Below, piece by piece: positions 23,739 through 33,233 of a DNA stretch of 64,000 nt; position 1 is the stretch's first letter, and every line of letters starts with the position of its first letter. The stretch covers positions 20,421-84,420 of the forward strand of contig JAFPXC010000011.1 of assembly GCA_017394805.1 (NCBI GenBank). Reading direction: 5' to 3'. Both the position numbers and the translations under genes were made by a program. The notes beneath the pieces were generated by a model. It did no database searches. It was not told the origin of the DNA and saw nothing but the letters and a program-made list of their open reading frames with translations. Origin of the DNA: Clostridia bacterium. Its GTDB lineage: Bacteria > Bacillota > Clostridia > Christensenellales > CAG-1252.

Positions 23739-25043
23739 ATGAAACGCTTTTTCCGCATACTCTTGTCCCTCGCGCTCATTGGCAGCCTATTGTGCGCCGC
23801 CGTGGCCTGCACCACGCCCGCAGAGGCCGGCGTCGTGCGGCTGTCCGCGTCCACCACGGCCCTGAACAAAGTCAACTACGCCGCCTCGGGCGACGCGACC
23901 GCTTCGACCGACGAAGCGTTCCGTACTAAACTCTCCGACTTCTCGGCCAAACTCTACGCCTTGTGCGCCGAGGGTGCGGAGGACGACTACGTCTTCTCTC
24001 CCCTCTCGGTCTATATGGCGACGGCCATTCTGTACAATTTGGGCGACGAAGCCATCAAAGCGGATATTCGCGCGCTCTTCGGTATGAGCGATGCGGAGAT
24101 CGCCAAAACGGGCGACCTCTTTATGGGCCTCATCAACGAGCGATACGAGGGCGTAGGCAAGGGCACGTTGGTCACCAAGGTGGACGTCAACAACTCCATT
24201 TGGCTGGACAACGCGCTGACGACCAACCAAACAGCGTTGGATCGCATCGCCGAGGCGCTCTATTGCCGCGCCTACCGCACCCCCTTCGCGGACGACAACA
24301 AGCAGGCCAACAAGGATATCCGCGCCTTCATCAAGCAAATGACGAGGGGGCTTATCGACCAAGACTTCGGCCTCACGGCGGACACCCTGCTCGCCATCGT
24401 CAACACCCTTTATTTCAAAGACCTGTGGAACTTCGACAGCCGCGATTTGGCGACGGAAACGCGCACCTTCCACGCGCCCGCCGAGGACAAAGAAACCGAA
24501 TTCCTCATCGGCAAATATACGAGCGGCACGGTGCAAGAGACGGACTCTGCCACCTATTTCTATACCACCACCGACGCGGGCTACCGCTTCAAATTGATAC
24601 TGCCCAAAGAGGGGCGCACCCTTGCCGAAGCGATGAGCGCGCAGTCGCTCGCCCAAATCAACGCCACCACCGACTACGGCGCCCGCAAAGGCGACGTCAA
24701 CTACGAAACCCGTTGCATCTTCCCCTCTTTCCGCGTGGAGAGCGATACGCCCCTGAAAGATATTTTGGAACACAATCACTATTTGCCCACGGCGTTCAAC
24801 GGCTTTGGCTCCGACCTCACCGACCAACCCCTCGCCGTGTCGGACATCAAGCACAAGGTTGTGCTTAACGTAGACAAAAAAGGCGTGGAAGGCGCGGCCG
24901 TCACCATTATTGCGATGAAGAACGCTTCGGCGGGAATGTTCGATACCGTACGCGCCGACTTCGTGTTGGATCGCCCATTCGGCTTCCTCGTCACCGATCG
25001 TGAGGGCGTGGTACTCTTCTCGGGTCAAATCGTCACCCCATGA
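23739..25043 (+). CDS. Serpin-family protease inhibitor, predicted lipoprotein
   Basis: Signal peptide with the lipobox AAVAC. Serpin-like segments are FSPLSVYMATAILYNLG, the hinge-like KKGVEGAAVT and the C-terminal FVLDRPFGFLV. Confidence 0.8.
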   Translation: MKRFFRILLSLALIGSLLCAAVACTTPAEAGVVRLSASTTALNKVNYAASGDATASTDEAFRTKLSDFSAKLYALCAEGAEDDYVFSPLSVYMATAILYNLGDEAIKADIRALFGMSDAEIAKTGDLFMGLINERYEGVGKGTLVTKVDVNNSIWLDNALTTNQTALDRIAEALYCRAYRTPFADDNKQANKDIRAFIKQMTRGLIDQDFGLTADTLLAIVNTLYFKDLWNFDSRDLATETRTFHAPAEDKETEFLIGKYTSGTVQETDSATYFYTTTDAGYRFKLILPKEGRTLAEAMSAQSLAQINATTDYGARKGDVNYETRCIFPSFRVESDTPLKDILEHNHYLPTAFNGFGSDLTDQPLAVSDIKHKVVLNVDKKGVEGAAVTIIAMKNASAGMFDTVRADFVLDRPFGFLVTDREGVVLFSGQIVTP

Positions 25044-25095
25044 GCCTCACGAACCATGCGCACGTAGTTACGCCGCCACGTTCGACGCCAACGAA

Positions 25096-25135
25096 AAAGG
25101 GTTCTTTCTCTCATAGAAAGAACCCTTTCTATTCT
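25096..25135. terminator. Bidirectional-type terminator hairpin
   Basis: The 14-bp stem AAAGGGTTCTTTCT / AGAAAGAACCCTTT (25096-25128) has an A-run on its 5' side and a T-rich tract on its 3' side. Confidence 0.6.
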
Positions 25136-25334
25136 CACCGCAACGCACGCCGAAGCGTGCAATTCACGATACCCAAAGGGTATCAATTCACGACCGCAGG
25201 CCAATTCACGCCGCAATTAGCGGCAATTCACTCTACCACCGTAACTCGCCATAGGCGCACTTCACTCAAGGCTATGCCTTGAACTTCACCGCGAAGCAAC
25301 TTCGCTTTGCCAAAGGCAAAACTTCACTCGCTCG
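25132..25334 (+). repeat. Mosaic hairpin array A (7-nt spacer alternating with short hairpins)
   Basis: AATTCAC occurs at 25161, 25185, 25203 and 25225. ACTTCAC occurs at 25259, 25283 and 25321. The intervening hairpins are GCACGC-CGAA-GCGTGC, GATACCC-AAA-GGGTATC, GCCGC-AATTA-GCGGC, CGCC-ATA-GGCG, TCAAGGC-TAT-GCCTTGA, GCGAAG-CAA-CTTCGC and TTTGCC-AAA-GGCAAA. Confidence 0.85.
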
Positions 25335-26546
25335 CTACATCGCGCGGATAATTTCGTCGATGCGACGAGCGCACTTGCGGCATTCCTCTTCTTTCCATCC
25401 TTTGGTGGTCATGGCCGCCAAACCCACGCGCACGCCCGACGCCTCGCGGGGCGAACGCTTCTCGTTGGGAATGCAATTCTTGTTGAGGGTGATGCCGTGC
25501 TTGTCCAATTCATCCTGCACCATGCGCCCCGAAATCGAGGGGAACTTCTTGGACAAGTCGATGAGGAACAGGTGATTGTCCGTGCCGCCCGTCACCACGT
25601 CGTAGCCCATCTTGAGAAACTCGTCGCACATGGCCGCCGTGTTTTTGACGACCTGGTGAATGTAGTTGCGATATTCCTCTGTGCACGCTTCGCACGCCGT
25701 CACGGCCTTGGCAGCCACCACGTGTTGCAAACCGCCCCCCTGCATACCGGGGAAGACTGCGGAGTCCACTTTGCGCGCCAATTCGGGACGGCAGAACACC
25801 AAGCCGCCACGCGTGCCGCGCAAGGTCTTGTGAGTAGTCGTGGTCACTATGTCGGCCAAGCCGAAGGGGCTGGGATGGTCGCCCGCGACCACCAAACCCG
25901 CGATATGCGCCATATCCACCATGAAGTAGGCGCCCACCTCTTTGGCCACCTCGGCGAAGCGGGCGAAGTCGATGATGCGGCTGTAAGCCGACGCACCCGC
26001 CAAGATGAGGTTGGGCTTGCACGCCAACGCTTTGGCGCGCATATCCTCGTAGTCGATGACGCCCTCGTCGGTGACGCCGTAGAACACCATCTTGTAGGTC
26101 TTGCCGCTGAAGTTGACCGCGCTGCCGTGCGTGAGGTGACCGCCGTTGTCCAGACTCATAGAGAGAATGGTGTCGCCGGGATTGAGCACGGCCATATACG
26201 CGGCCATATTGGCCTGCGAACCGCTATGCGGTTGCACATTGACGTGATAATCGGTGCGGAACGCCTTTTGGAACATATACCGAGCGTACAACTCGATATA
26301 GTCGATATTTTCACAGCCGCCGTAGTACCTGCCGGTGCTACCCGTATGCACGTAATCGGGAAACTCCTTTTGGAACGCCTCGACGGACGTCCGCTCGGGA
26401 TAGCCCTCCGCGTACTTGTTGGTGAGAACCGAACCCGCCGCCCGCAAGACGTCCTGCGACACGAAGTTCTCGCTTGCGATCAATTCGACGAAGTTCTTTT
26501 GTCTGTTTTCCTCTCTCTCGATGGCTTGAAAAATCTTCTCTTTCAA
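25335..26546 (-). CDS. glyA: Serine hydroxymethyltransferase
   Basis: SHMT-typical segments are ELIASENF, LTNKYAEGYP, GGHLTHG and TTTHKTLRG (PLP lysine). The likely start is TTG 26546, with GGGAGG 6 nt upstream. The track start GTG 26561 abuts that RBS. Confidence 0.93.
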   Translation of the reverse strand: MKEKIFQAIEREENRQKNFVELIASENFVSQDVLRAAGSVLTNKYAEGYPERTSVEAFQKEFPDYVHTGSTGRYYGGCENIDYIELYARYMFQKAFRTDYHVNVQPHSGSQANMAAYMAVLNPGDTILSMSLDNGGHLTHGSAVNFSGKTYKMVFYGVTDEGVIDYEDMRAKALACKPNLILAGASAYSRIIDFARFAEVAKEVGAYFMVDMAHIAGLVVAGDHPSPFGLADIVTTTTHKTLRGTRGGLVFCRPELARKVDSAVFPGMQGGGLQHVVAAKAVTACEACTEEYRNYIHQVVKNTAAMCDEFLKMGYDVVTGGTDNHLFLIDLSKKFPSISGRMVQDELDKHGITLNKNCIPNEKRSPREASGVRVGLAAMTTKGWKEEECRKCARRIDEIIRAM

Positions 26547-26595
26547 AGTATTCCTCCCCACGCGTTGGCGCGCTTGTTTTCCGTAAGTAATTATT

Positions 26596-26625
26596 ATTAT
26601 ACCCGATTGAAAAGGGCCGTGTCAA
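26596..26625 (-). promoter_or_regulatory. Candidate glyA promoter
   Basis: The minus strand reads TTGACA (26625-26620), an 18-nt spacer, then TATAAT (26601-26596). Confidence 0.55.
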
Positions 26626-26661
26626 CACGAATAGCCCCGTATCGCCCTATTTCTCTCGCTT

Positions 26662-27198
26662 TTATCCGCCCAATATGCGCCGATAGCGTTTCTCGAGCAA
26701 AGTCACCTTCCGCACGTACTCCCTCGTCTCGCGGTAGGGAATATCCTCTATGCTTATCCCTTCCGCAAGCCACGCGCGCACCGCGTTTTCGCCCGCGTTG
26801 TAGGCGGCGAATACCCATTCGCCCTCGAACTTGCCGCCGAGATACGCGAGGTATTTGGCGGCGACGGTCAAATTGTACTCCGCATCGTACAGCAGGGCCT
26901 CGTCGTATGCTAACCCCGCCCTTTTCGCCACCCATTCGGCCGTGGCGGGCATCAACTGCGCGATGCCTTTCGCCCCCGCTTTGGATCGGGCCTCGGGATC
27001 GAATCCGCTCTCGGCGTTGGCCACCGCCAACAGCGTAGAGGCGTTCACCCCTTCCGCTTGGGCGACTTCGCGAAAGAGCGGCTCGTATCGCCGAACGCTA
27101 CGCATATACAAAGGCGGCACGCAACAAACACAAACGGCGACCGCCACCGCGCACACCGCCACGCAAGCCACCGCGATCACCCAAAACCGTACTGTCAT
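26662..27198 (-). CDS. Membrane-anchored lytic transglycosylase (SLT domain)
   Basis: An N-terminal transmembrane helix, then AESGFDPEARSKAGAKGIAQLMP and AAYNAG. I took the start at ATG 27198. The upstream 209 codons of the track ORF overlap coaE in another frame and are Arg/Gly-rich high-GC noise. Confidence 0.85.
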   Translation of the reverse strand: MTVRFWVIAVACVAVCAVAVAVCVCCVPPLYMRSVRRYEPLFREVAQAEGVNASTLLAVANAESGFDPEARSKAGAKGIAQLMPATAEWVAKRAGLAYDEALLYDAEYNLTVAAKYLAYLGGKFEGEWVFAAYNAGENAVRAWLAEGISIEDIPYRETREYVRKVTLLEKRYRRILGG

Positions 27199-27287
27199 GC
27201 TAATAGTATGATGGTAGCCGCCCCCAATATTAACGAAAAGCGCCCTCGACCACAGCCGAAGACGCTTATTCTCTCGCTTAACGGGCT

Positions 27288-27860
27288 TTACGCGCCGTAC
27301 TCTCGGCGCAATGCGGCATAACGCTCGTCCACTTGACGCAATAGGTCTGCCGTCGTGCCGTCGTTCGCCACGATCACGGCGTCCGCGGGGGCAAGCCCCC
27401 CTTGGGTTTGCGCCGCCATCATTCGCTTGGCCTCCTCTTCCGTCCAGCCTCCGCGCGCCAAAACGCGCTTCAACTGCTCGTCGGGGGCGCACACTACGTG
27501 CCAACTCTCGTCCATTCGGACGAAATCGGGCACGTACACGGATATTTCGACGAACCATAGACCACTTTCCGCACGCCGTTCTATGATTTGGGCTATCCTC
27601 GGGTGCGCGATGGCGTTCAACGCAAGGCGATTCTCGTCGCTTGCAAGCACCCACCGCCGCAGAGCGGCTTTGTCCAACCGCCCCTCTCGAACGGCCTCGG
27701 GACACACCGCCGCCACCGCCTCGAGATAAGCGGCGTCTTGGGGCAACTGCGCGTTGATCTTGTCCGCGTCCAACACGTTGGCGCCCGCTTCGGCGAGGTG
27801 CCGCAGCACGGTGGACTTGCCGCACCCCATACCGCCGTATATACCCACTCTATATCTCAT
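27288..27860 (-). CDS. coaE: Dephospho-CoA kinase
   Basis: P-loop GIYGGMGCGKST with a DADK motif. ATG 27860 overlaps the polA stop (ATGA). Confidence 0.88.
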   Translation of the reverse strand: MRYRVGIYGGMGCGKSTVLRHLAEAGANVLDADKINAQLPQDAAYLEAVAAVCPEAVREGRLDKAALRRWVLASDENRLALNAIAHPRIAQIIERRAESGLWFVEISVYVPDFVRMDESWHVVCAPDEQLKRVLARGGWTEEEAKRMMAAQTQGGLAPADAVIVANDGTTADLLRQVDERYAALRREYGA

Positions 27861-30382
27861 TTCGCTTCCACCCAATTATCGCCCACGCCGACCGACGCGA
27901 CCAAAGGCACCTTCAAGTCGTACACCGATTCCATCTCCTCTTTGAGAATGGCGCGCACGCGGTCTACCTCGGCCTCGGGCGTATCGATCACCAATTCGTC
28001 GTGCACCTGCAATATCATTTTGGCCCGCAACCCCTCGGCTTGCAACCGACGGAACACCTTGATCATGGCGATCTTGATGACGTCGCTGGCCGTACCCTGC
28101 AAGGGCGTGTTCATGGCCACTCTTTCGCCGAACGCACGCACGTTGTACACGGCGGAAGTCAACTCGGGAATGGAGCGCTTGCGCCCCGATAAGGTGGTGA
28201 CGTACCCCTGTTTTTTGGCCACTTCCACCACGTCGTGCATATATTTGGCCACGCCGGGGTACAACTCGAAATACTTTTCGATAAACTGCTTTGCTTCCTT
28301 GACGGACACGCCGATATTCTCGCTGAGGCCGTAGTCGCTGATGCCGTAGATGATGCCGAAATTGACGGCCTTGCACGAACTGCGCATCTCGGGCGTCACC
28401 TCGTCGATGGGCACGCCGTACACCTTGGCGGCGGTGGCCGCGTGGATATCCTGCCCCTCGCGGTAGGCCTCCAGCATATTGGCGTCCTCGGAGAAGTGCG
28501 CCATCAGGCGCAACTCTATCTGTGAGTAGTCGGCCACGACCAGTCGATTGCCATCCGACGCCACGAACGCCTTGCGGATCTGCTTGCCCTCGGGGGTGCG
28601 CACGGGGATATTCTGCAAATTCGGCTCGGTGGAAGACAGCCTGCCCGTCGCGGTCAACGCCTGCTTGAACACGGTGTGCAAGCGATGGTTGGCGTCCAAA
28701 AGGGGCAGCAGCCCCGACACGTAGGTGGACTGCAATTTGCTTATCTTCCTATATCTTAGGATATAGGGCACGATGGGGTGCAAGAGAGAAAGGTGCTCCA
28801 ACTTGTCCGCGCCCGTCGAACGCTTTTTGTCCGTGGGAAGCCCCAGCTTGTCAAATAGCACCACGGCCAACTGTTTGGGCGAGTTGAGGTTGAACTCCTC
28901 CCCCGCGAATTGGTAGATATCCTTGCTTATCTCGCTGATTTCGGCGCCGAATTTGTCGCCCAACGCCTTCAGTACGTCCACGTCCACCTTGAAGCCCGCG
29001 CACTCCATATCGTACAATATGGGCATCAAAGGCAATTCGATATCCCGATAGACGTGCACCACGGAAGCCTCGGCAAGTTTTTGCATAATGCCGTCGTAGA
29101 CGACGAGCAAAGCCGACGCCGCCCATTCGGCCGTGTATCCGTAGTATTCCAACAAATCCTCGCACTTGCCGAAGGCGCGGTTGGCGTCCAGCACGTACGA
29201 GGCCAGGCTGACGTCCTCGGTGGGGAACGCGCCGCAATACTCGCGGAATTGGTAGTAGGTTGCCTTGCCGTCGAACAGCACTTTGGTCACCTTGTCGTCC
29301 GCAAGGACTTCGGCCAACGTGCGCGCCACGGTTTCGGTATCCAATTCGGCGAACATATCGTCGCCTATTTTCACGACGTACTCTTTGCCGTCGCCCGTGG
29401 CGAAATGCCACGTGCCGTCCACTTGCACCAACGCGAAACGCGCGGCGTTTTTGGCCCGGGCCAACGCCCCTTCTAGGGCCGCTTTGTCCGCTATTTCCAC
29501 TCTGTCGAACGTGACGTCCGCCACGGCGGGCGCACCATCTTCAAAAGTAAATCTATCCGTCAATTTTTTGAATTCCAACGAGCGCATCAAGGTCTGCGCT
29601 TCGGCAGGAAATACGCCGTTCACTTTGCAGTCGGCCACCGTAATCGTCAAAGGTACCTCGCGGCAAATGGTCGCCAAATCGCGCGAGAAATAGGCGTCTT
29701 GCTTCCCTTCCGCCAATTTTTCTTGCAACTTGCCCTTTATTTCGTCGATATGCGCGTACACGCCGTCCAGACTGCCGTACGCTTCGATGAGGGACTTGGC
29801 TGTCTTTTCGCCTACGCCCGCCACGCCCTTGATATTGTCCGAACTGTCGCCCATCAACCCTTTGAGTTCGGGCACCTGCCAAGGCTCCAATCCGTCCTCT
29901 TTGAGCCGCTCGGGCGTGTAGGCGATCACGTCGGTGATGCCCTTCTTGGTGTGCAATACGGTCACTTTGTCGCTCACCAACTGCAAAACGTCCTTGTCGC
30001 CCGACACCACGACGACGGGCATATCGGCCTCTTTGGACAAAGTGCCCAGCACATCGTCCGCTTCGTACCCCGCCAACTCCACGATATGGAGGCGCATCGC
30101 CGTCAACAACTCTTTGAGGAGAGGTATCTGCGCGCGCAATTCGTCGGGCATAGGCCGCCTGCCCGCCTTGTACTCGGCGTACAATTTGTGGCGGAAGGTA
30201 GGAGCGTGCACGTCGAAGGCGCAGGCGATATGCGTGGGCTTCTCCTCGTCCAACAACTTGGCGAGCATAGCCATAAACCCGTACACGCCGCCCGTGGCCA
30301 CGCCGTCCGCCGTCCGCAAAGACGGCATGGCGTAGTACGCCCTATTGACCAAACTATTGCTATCCAACAGTAACAGTTTCAT
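27857..30382 (-). CDS. polA: DNA polymerase I
   Basis: 841 aa. The 5' nuclease N-terminus is LLLDSNSLVNRAYYA. Pol A motifs are DYSQIELR, RSSCKAVNFGIIYG and QVHDELV. Confidence 0.95.
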   Translation of the reverse strand: MKLLLLDSNSLVNRAYYAMPSLRTADGVATGGVYGFMAMLAKLLDEEKPTHIACAFDVHAPTFRHKLYAEYKAGRRPMPDELRAQIPLLKELLTAMRLHIVELAGYEADDVLGTLSKEADMPVVVVSGDKDVLQLVSDKVTVLHTKKGITDVIAYTPERLKEDGLEPWQVPELKGLMGDSSDNIKGVAGVGEKTAKSLIEAYGSLDGVYAHIDEIKGKLQEKLAEGKQDAYFSRDLATICREVPLTITVADCKVNGVFPAEAQTLMRSLEFKKLTDRFTFEDGAPAVADVTFDRVEIADKAALEGALARAKNAARFALVQVDGTWHFATGDGKEYVVKIGDDMFAELDTETVARTLAEVLADDKVTKVLFDGKATYYQFREYCGAFPTEDVSLASYVLDANRAFGKCEDLLEYYGYTAEWAASALLVVYDGIMQKLAEASVVHVYRDIELPLMPILYDMECAGFKVDVDVLKALGDKFGAEISEISKDIYQFAGEEFNLNSPKQLAVVLFDKLGLPTDKKRSTGADKLEHLSLLHPIVPYILRYRKISKLQSTYVSGLLPLLDANHRLHTVFKQALTATGRLSSTEPNLQNIPVRTPEGKQIRKAFVASDGNRLVVADYSQIELRLMAHFSEDANMLEAYREGQDIHAATAAKVYGVPIDEVTPEMRSSCKAVNFGIIYGISDYGLSENIGVSVKEAKQFIEKYFELYPGVAKYMHDVVEVAKKQGYVTTLSGRKRSIPELTSAVYNVRAFGERVAMNTPLQGTASDVIKIAMIKVFRRLQAEGLRAKMILQVHDELVIDTPEAEVDRVRAILKEEMESVYDLKVPLVASVGVGDNWVEAK

Positions 30383-30619
30383 AGTAGACCTCGCATCGTT
30401 TTCCTAATTATACCCTATTTGTTTATAAAATACAAGCCAACCCGCGCAAAGTTGTGGCGTAGGTTGGCTGTTTTCCCACGTTCTTATCGTTCGGTACGAC
30501 CGAAACGAACGTGGCGTGCGCGCAAAAAAATATCGGGATTTATGACGAGTGCATATTCGGTGCGCTTGCGCGCCCACGCACGCCCGAAGGCGATGCCGCC
30601 CGTGGCAAGTGCAAATTGC

Positions 30620-31189
30620 TTATTTCTTCACACGCTCCATATAGGCGCCGTCACGCGTGTCCACGCGAATGTAGTCGCCCTCGTTGACGAACATAGGCAC
30701 CTGGATCTTGTAGCCGGTCTCCAACGTGGCGGGCTTGGTGCCGTTGGTGGCGGTATCGCCGCGCACGGCGGGCTCGCAAACGGTGATTTGCAGCACGACG
30801 AAGGTCTCGGGCTCCACCAAGAACGCTTTGCCTTTGTAGAAAGACACGGTCACGTTGCTTTGGTCGACGATGAAATTCAACGCGTCTTGGCAAATGTCGT
30901 AGTTGAGGGGGATGAGGTCGAAGGTCTCCAGATCCATGAAGTAATAGAACTCCCCGTCGGTGTAGCTGTATTGCATGTCTTTGCGCTCGATAAGCGCGGT
31001 CTCGAATTTATCGGTGGGGTTGAAGGTGCGCTCCAACACGGCGCCGGTCATGACGTTCTTGATCTTGGTACGCACGAACGCCGCGCCCTTGCCGGGTTTG
31101 ACGTGTTGGAAGTCGACGATGGTCATCACGTTGCCGTCCAACTCGAAAGTAACGCCTTTTCTAAAATCACCTGCTAAAATAAATCCCAT
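30620..31189 (-). CDS. efp: Elongation factor P
   Basis: 189 aa, with [19 protein letters not shown] (the conserved loop Lys) and the usual length. GGAGG RBS. Confidence 0.95.
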   Translation of the reverse strand: MGFILAGDFRKGVTFELDGNVMTIVDFQHVKPGKGAAFVRTKIKNVMTGAVLERTFNPTDKFETALIERKDMQYSYTDGEFYYFMDLETFDLIPLNYDICQDALNFIVDQSNVTVSFYKGKAFLVEPETFVVLQITVCEPAVRGDTATNGTKPATLETGYKIQVPMFVNEGDYIRVDTRDGAYMERVKK

Positions 31190-31199
31190 AATATGCCTC

Positions 31200-32249
31200 C
31201 TATAATATTATCAAGTTTTTGTTGCAACGGCTGAGCAACTCGGGACTGTCGCCCATGTACAGCAGATCCTCTATGCGGACGCCGAACTTGCCGTTGATAT
31301 ATACGCCGGGCTCGATGGTGTAGGTCATGCCCTTGGCGATGATATCCTTTGTTTTCGTATTCAGGAAGGGCGTTTCGTGGATGTCGATACCCACGCCGTG
31401 CCCCAAACTATGCGTAAAATATTTGCCCAAGCCGACCGACTCGAGGTAGTCGCGGGCCACTTTGTCCAAGTATTGCGCGCTGACGCCCGCAAATCCCGCC
31501 TCGATGCCCATCTTGTTGGCGGTGAGGACGTGATGGAACACGGTCTTGTATTCCTCGCCGGGGTCGCCCAAACAGAAGTTGCGCGTGATATCAGAGCAAT
31601 AGCCGCCCACCTTGGTACCGAAGTCCAACGTGACCATATCGCCTTTTTGCAAACGGCGATGGCCTGGGTGGCCGTGCGGAAAAGCGGTGTGATCGCCGAA
31701 GACGCATATCGTGTCGAAGGCTATGCCTTCGCCGCCCGCTTTGATATACTCGTATTGCAGTAGGTAGGCCACTTCCAACTCGGTCATACCCTCTTTGACC
31801 TGCCCCAAGAGATTGTCGAATGCGACGTCGTTCGCCTTGGCGGCGCGGCGAATACAATCCATCTCCTTGTCCGTCTTGACCGTGCGGCAAGCGGCCAACG
31901 CCGCCGAACAGTTGACGAACGCGACCGCGGGCAAGCGATCCGCGACGGCTTGGAAGCCGCTCTCCACCAAGTAGTCCATCTCGACGCCCAACTTCTTGAC
32001 GCCGTGCGCCGCTATGTCTGCGGTGATGGTGTCGAAATCGGTGCAACGCACGTCTTTCAAATCGAAGTCAACGGGAATGACCGCTTTGGCCTCGGCGGTG
32101 TAGCGCGCGTCGGTGTAGTAGACGGCGGCGTCCTCGTACATCACCAAGACGCACTCGGGGTTGTTGTACCCCGCGAAGTAGAAGGTGTTGGTCGGCGAAT
32201 TGACGAGTATCGCGTCAACGCCCAAATCGCGTAAAACTTTTCCTAACAT
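31200..32249 (-). CDS. M24-family Xaa-Pro aminopeptidase/dipeptidase
   Basis: Pita-bread fold metal ligands are visible in DFG...[17 protein letters not shown] and IEPG. Confidence 0.88.
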   Translation of the reverse strand: MLGKVLRDLGVDAILVNSPTNTFYFAGYNNPECVLVMYEDAAVYYTDARYTAEAKAVIPVDFDLKDVRCTDFDTITADIAAHGVKKLGVEMDYLVESGFQAVADRLPAVAFVNCSAALAACRTVKTDKEMDCIRRAAKANDVAFDNLLGQVKEGMTELEVAYLLQYEYIKAGGEGIAFDTICVFGDHTAFPHGHPGHRRLQKGDMVTLDFGTKVGGYCSDITRNFCLGDPGEEYKTVFHHVLTANKMGIEAGFAGVSAQYLDKVARDYLESVGLGKYFTHSLGHGVGIDIHETPFLNTKTKDIIAKGMTYTIEPGVYINGKFGVRIEDLLYMGDSPELLSRCNKNLIIL

Positions 32250-32366
32250 AAGCCACCTCTTCGTTGCCGTTTTCCTACATTTCTAAGTATAAATTATAAT
32301 TGAATATTTTGCAAGATTTTTTTCACGTTCTCGCTCGATTTCGGCGATTTTTCTGCCTTTTCCGCG

Positions 32367-33233
32367 CTAATTCGCCCGCGTACCGAGGCATTTGAGGTAG
32401 ATATCCTTCATCAAGCGGGCGTCCGCGCCTTGCGTGCCCGCCGATTCGCTGACGATATACGGCGTCATACCGTACTCCACCATTACCTCGGCCAACGGCT
32501 CGAATTCGGGGCCGTACACGGTATCGGCCATCGTCAGGTGGCACTTCTCCCCTTTGTCGGTGTATTCGATCTTGGAGAAGTGGACGTGCATATTCTTCAC
32601 GCGGTCCCAATCGAGCGCTCGGCCGAACGCGTCCACCACGCGCTTGAAATCGTCCACGGTCTTGAGCGAACCGCCCTCGCGCGCATTGACGTGACCGAAG
32701 TCCACGCAGGGCACGAATATCCGGTCGATGCGGCAAAGGTCTGCCACTTCCTCGACCGAGCCGAGTTGATTTTGCTTGCCCATCGTCTCGGGACAGACCA
32801 AAAAGTCGTCCAATCCGCTCCGGTGCAATATCTCCGCCAATTCGGCCACGTTCTTCTGCATATCGGCCACCGCCTCGGCTCTGTCGCGCTTGAGGGGGGA
32901 GCCGGGGTGAAACACGCAACGCTTTGCCCCCATCAATCGGGCGGCTTCCAACGAGGCCGTCACGTAGCCGAAACTGTTTTCTATTTTCTCCCGCTCGGGG
33001 TTGGCGAAATTGATAAAATACGGCGCGTGCACGCTGATTTCGATATTCTTTTCGGCAAACGCCGCGCCTATGGCGCGGGCGGTATCTTCGCCTATACGCA
33101 CGCCCTTGCCGAAGGAGTACTCGAAGCAATCGAGCCCCAACGCCTCTACGTACTTGGGCATATCCACCGTGCCTTTATATGCGGGGTTTTGTGTAAAATC
33201 TTCGGGTGTACCGCTCGGGCCGAATTTAATCAT
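32367..33233 (-). CDS. TIM-barrel AP endonuclease family 2 (endonuclease IV-like) protein
   Basis: SVHAPYFINFANP and VFHPGS resemble Nfo motifs, but the N-terminus is atypical. Confidence 0.65.
   Translation of the reverse strand: MIKFGPSGTPEDFTQNPAYKGTVDMPKYVEALGLDCFEYSFGKGVRIGEDTARAIGAAFAEKNIEISVHAPYFINFANPEREKIENSFGYVTASLEAARLMGAKRCVFHPGSPLKRDRAEAVADMQKNVAELAEILHRSGLDDFLVCPETMGKQNQLGSVEEVADLCRIDRIFVPCVDFGHVNAREGGSLKTVDDFKRVVDAFGRALDWDRVKNMHVHFSKIEYTDKGEKCHLTMADTVYGPEFEPLAEVMVEYGMTPYIVSESAGTQGADARLMKDIYLKCLGTRAN

Noticed and set aside
23787-25028. 413-aa minus-strand ORF and the 301-aa plus-strand ORF at 23963..24868
   Set aside because: Both overlap the serpin gene. The serpin frame has a signal peptide, an RBS and family motifs. 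The alternative frames are Arg/Gly/Val-rich noise.
25132-25334. CRISPR array interpretation of the repeat/hairpin arrays (also at 50532, 53675, 58861 and 62749)
   Set aside because: The conserved unit is only 7 nt, the variable units are 11-17 nt and self-complementary, and no cas genes are in the window. This does not fit CRISPR repeats of 23-50 nt with non-palindromic spacers.
25497-27038. 513-aa plus-strand ORF spanning glyA and the transglycosylase gene
   Set aside because: It is antisense to two well-supported genes and crosses their intergenic promoter. It is a shadow ORF.
27199-27825. N-terminal 209 codons of the 387-aa track ORF 26662..27825
   Set aside because: This part overlaps coaE in another frame and is an Arg/Gly-rich artefact. 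The SLT-domain protein starts sensibly at ATG 27198, just before its transmembrane helix.
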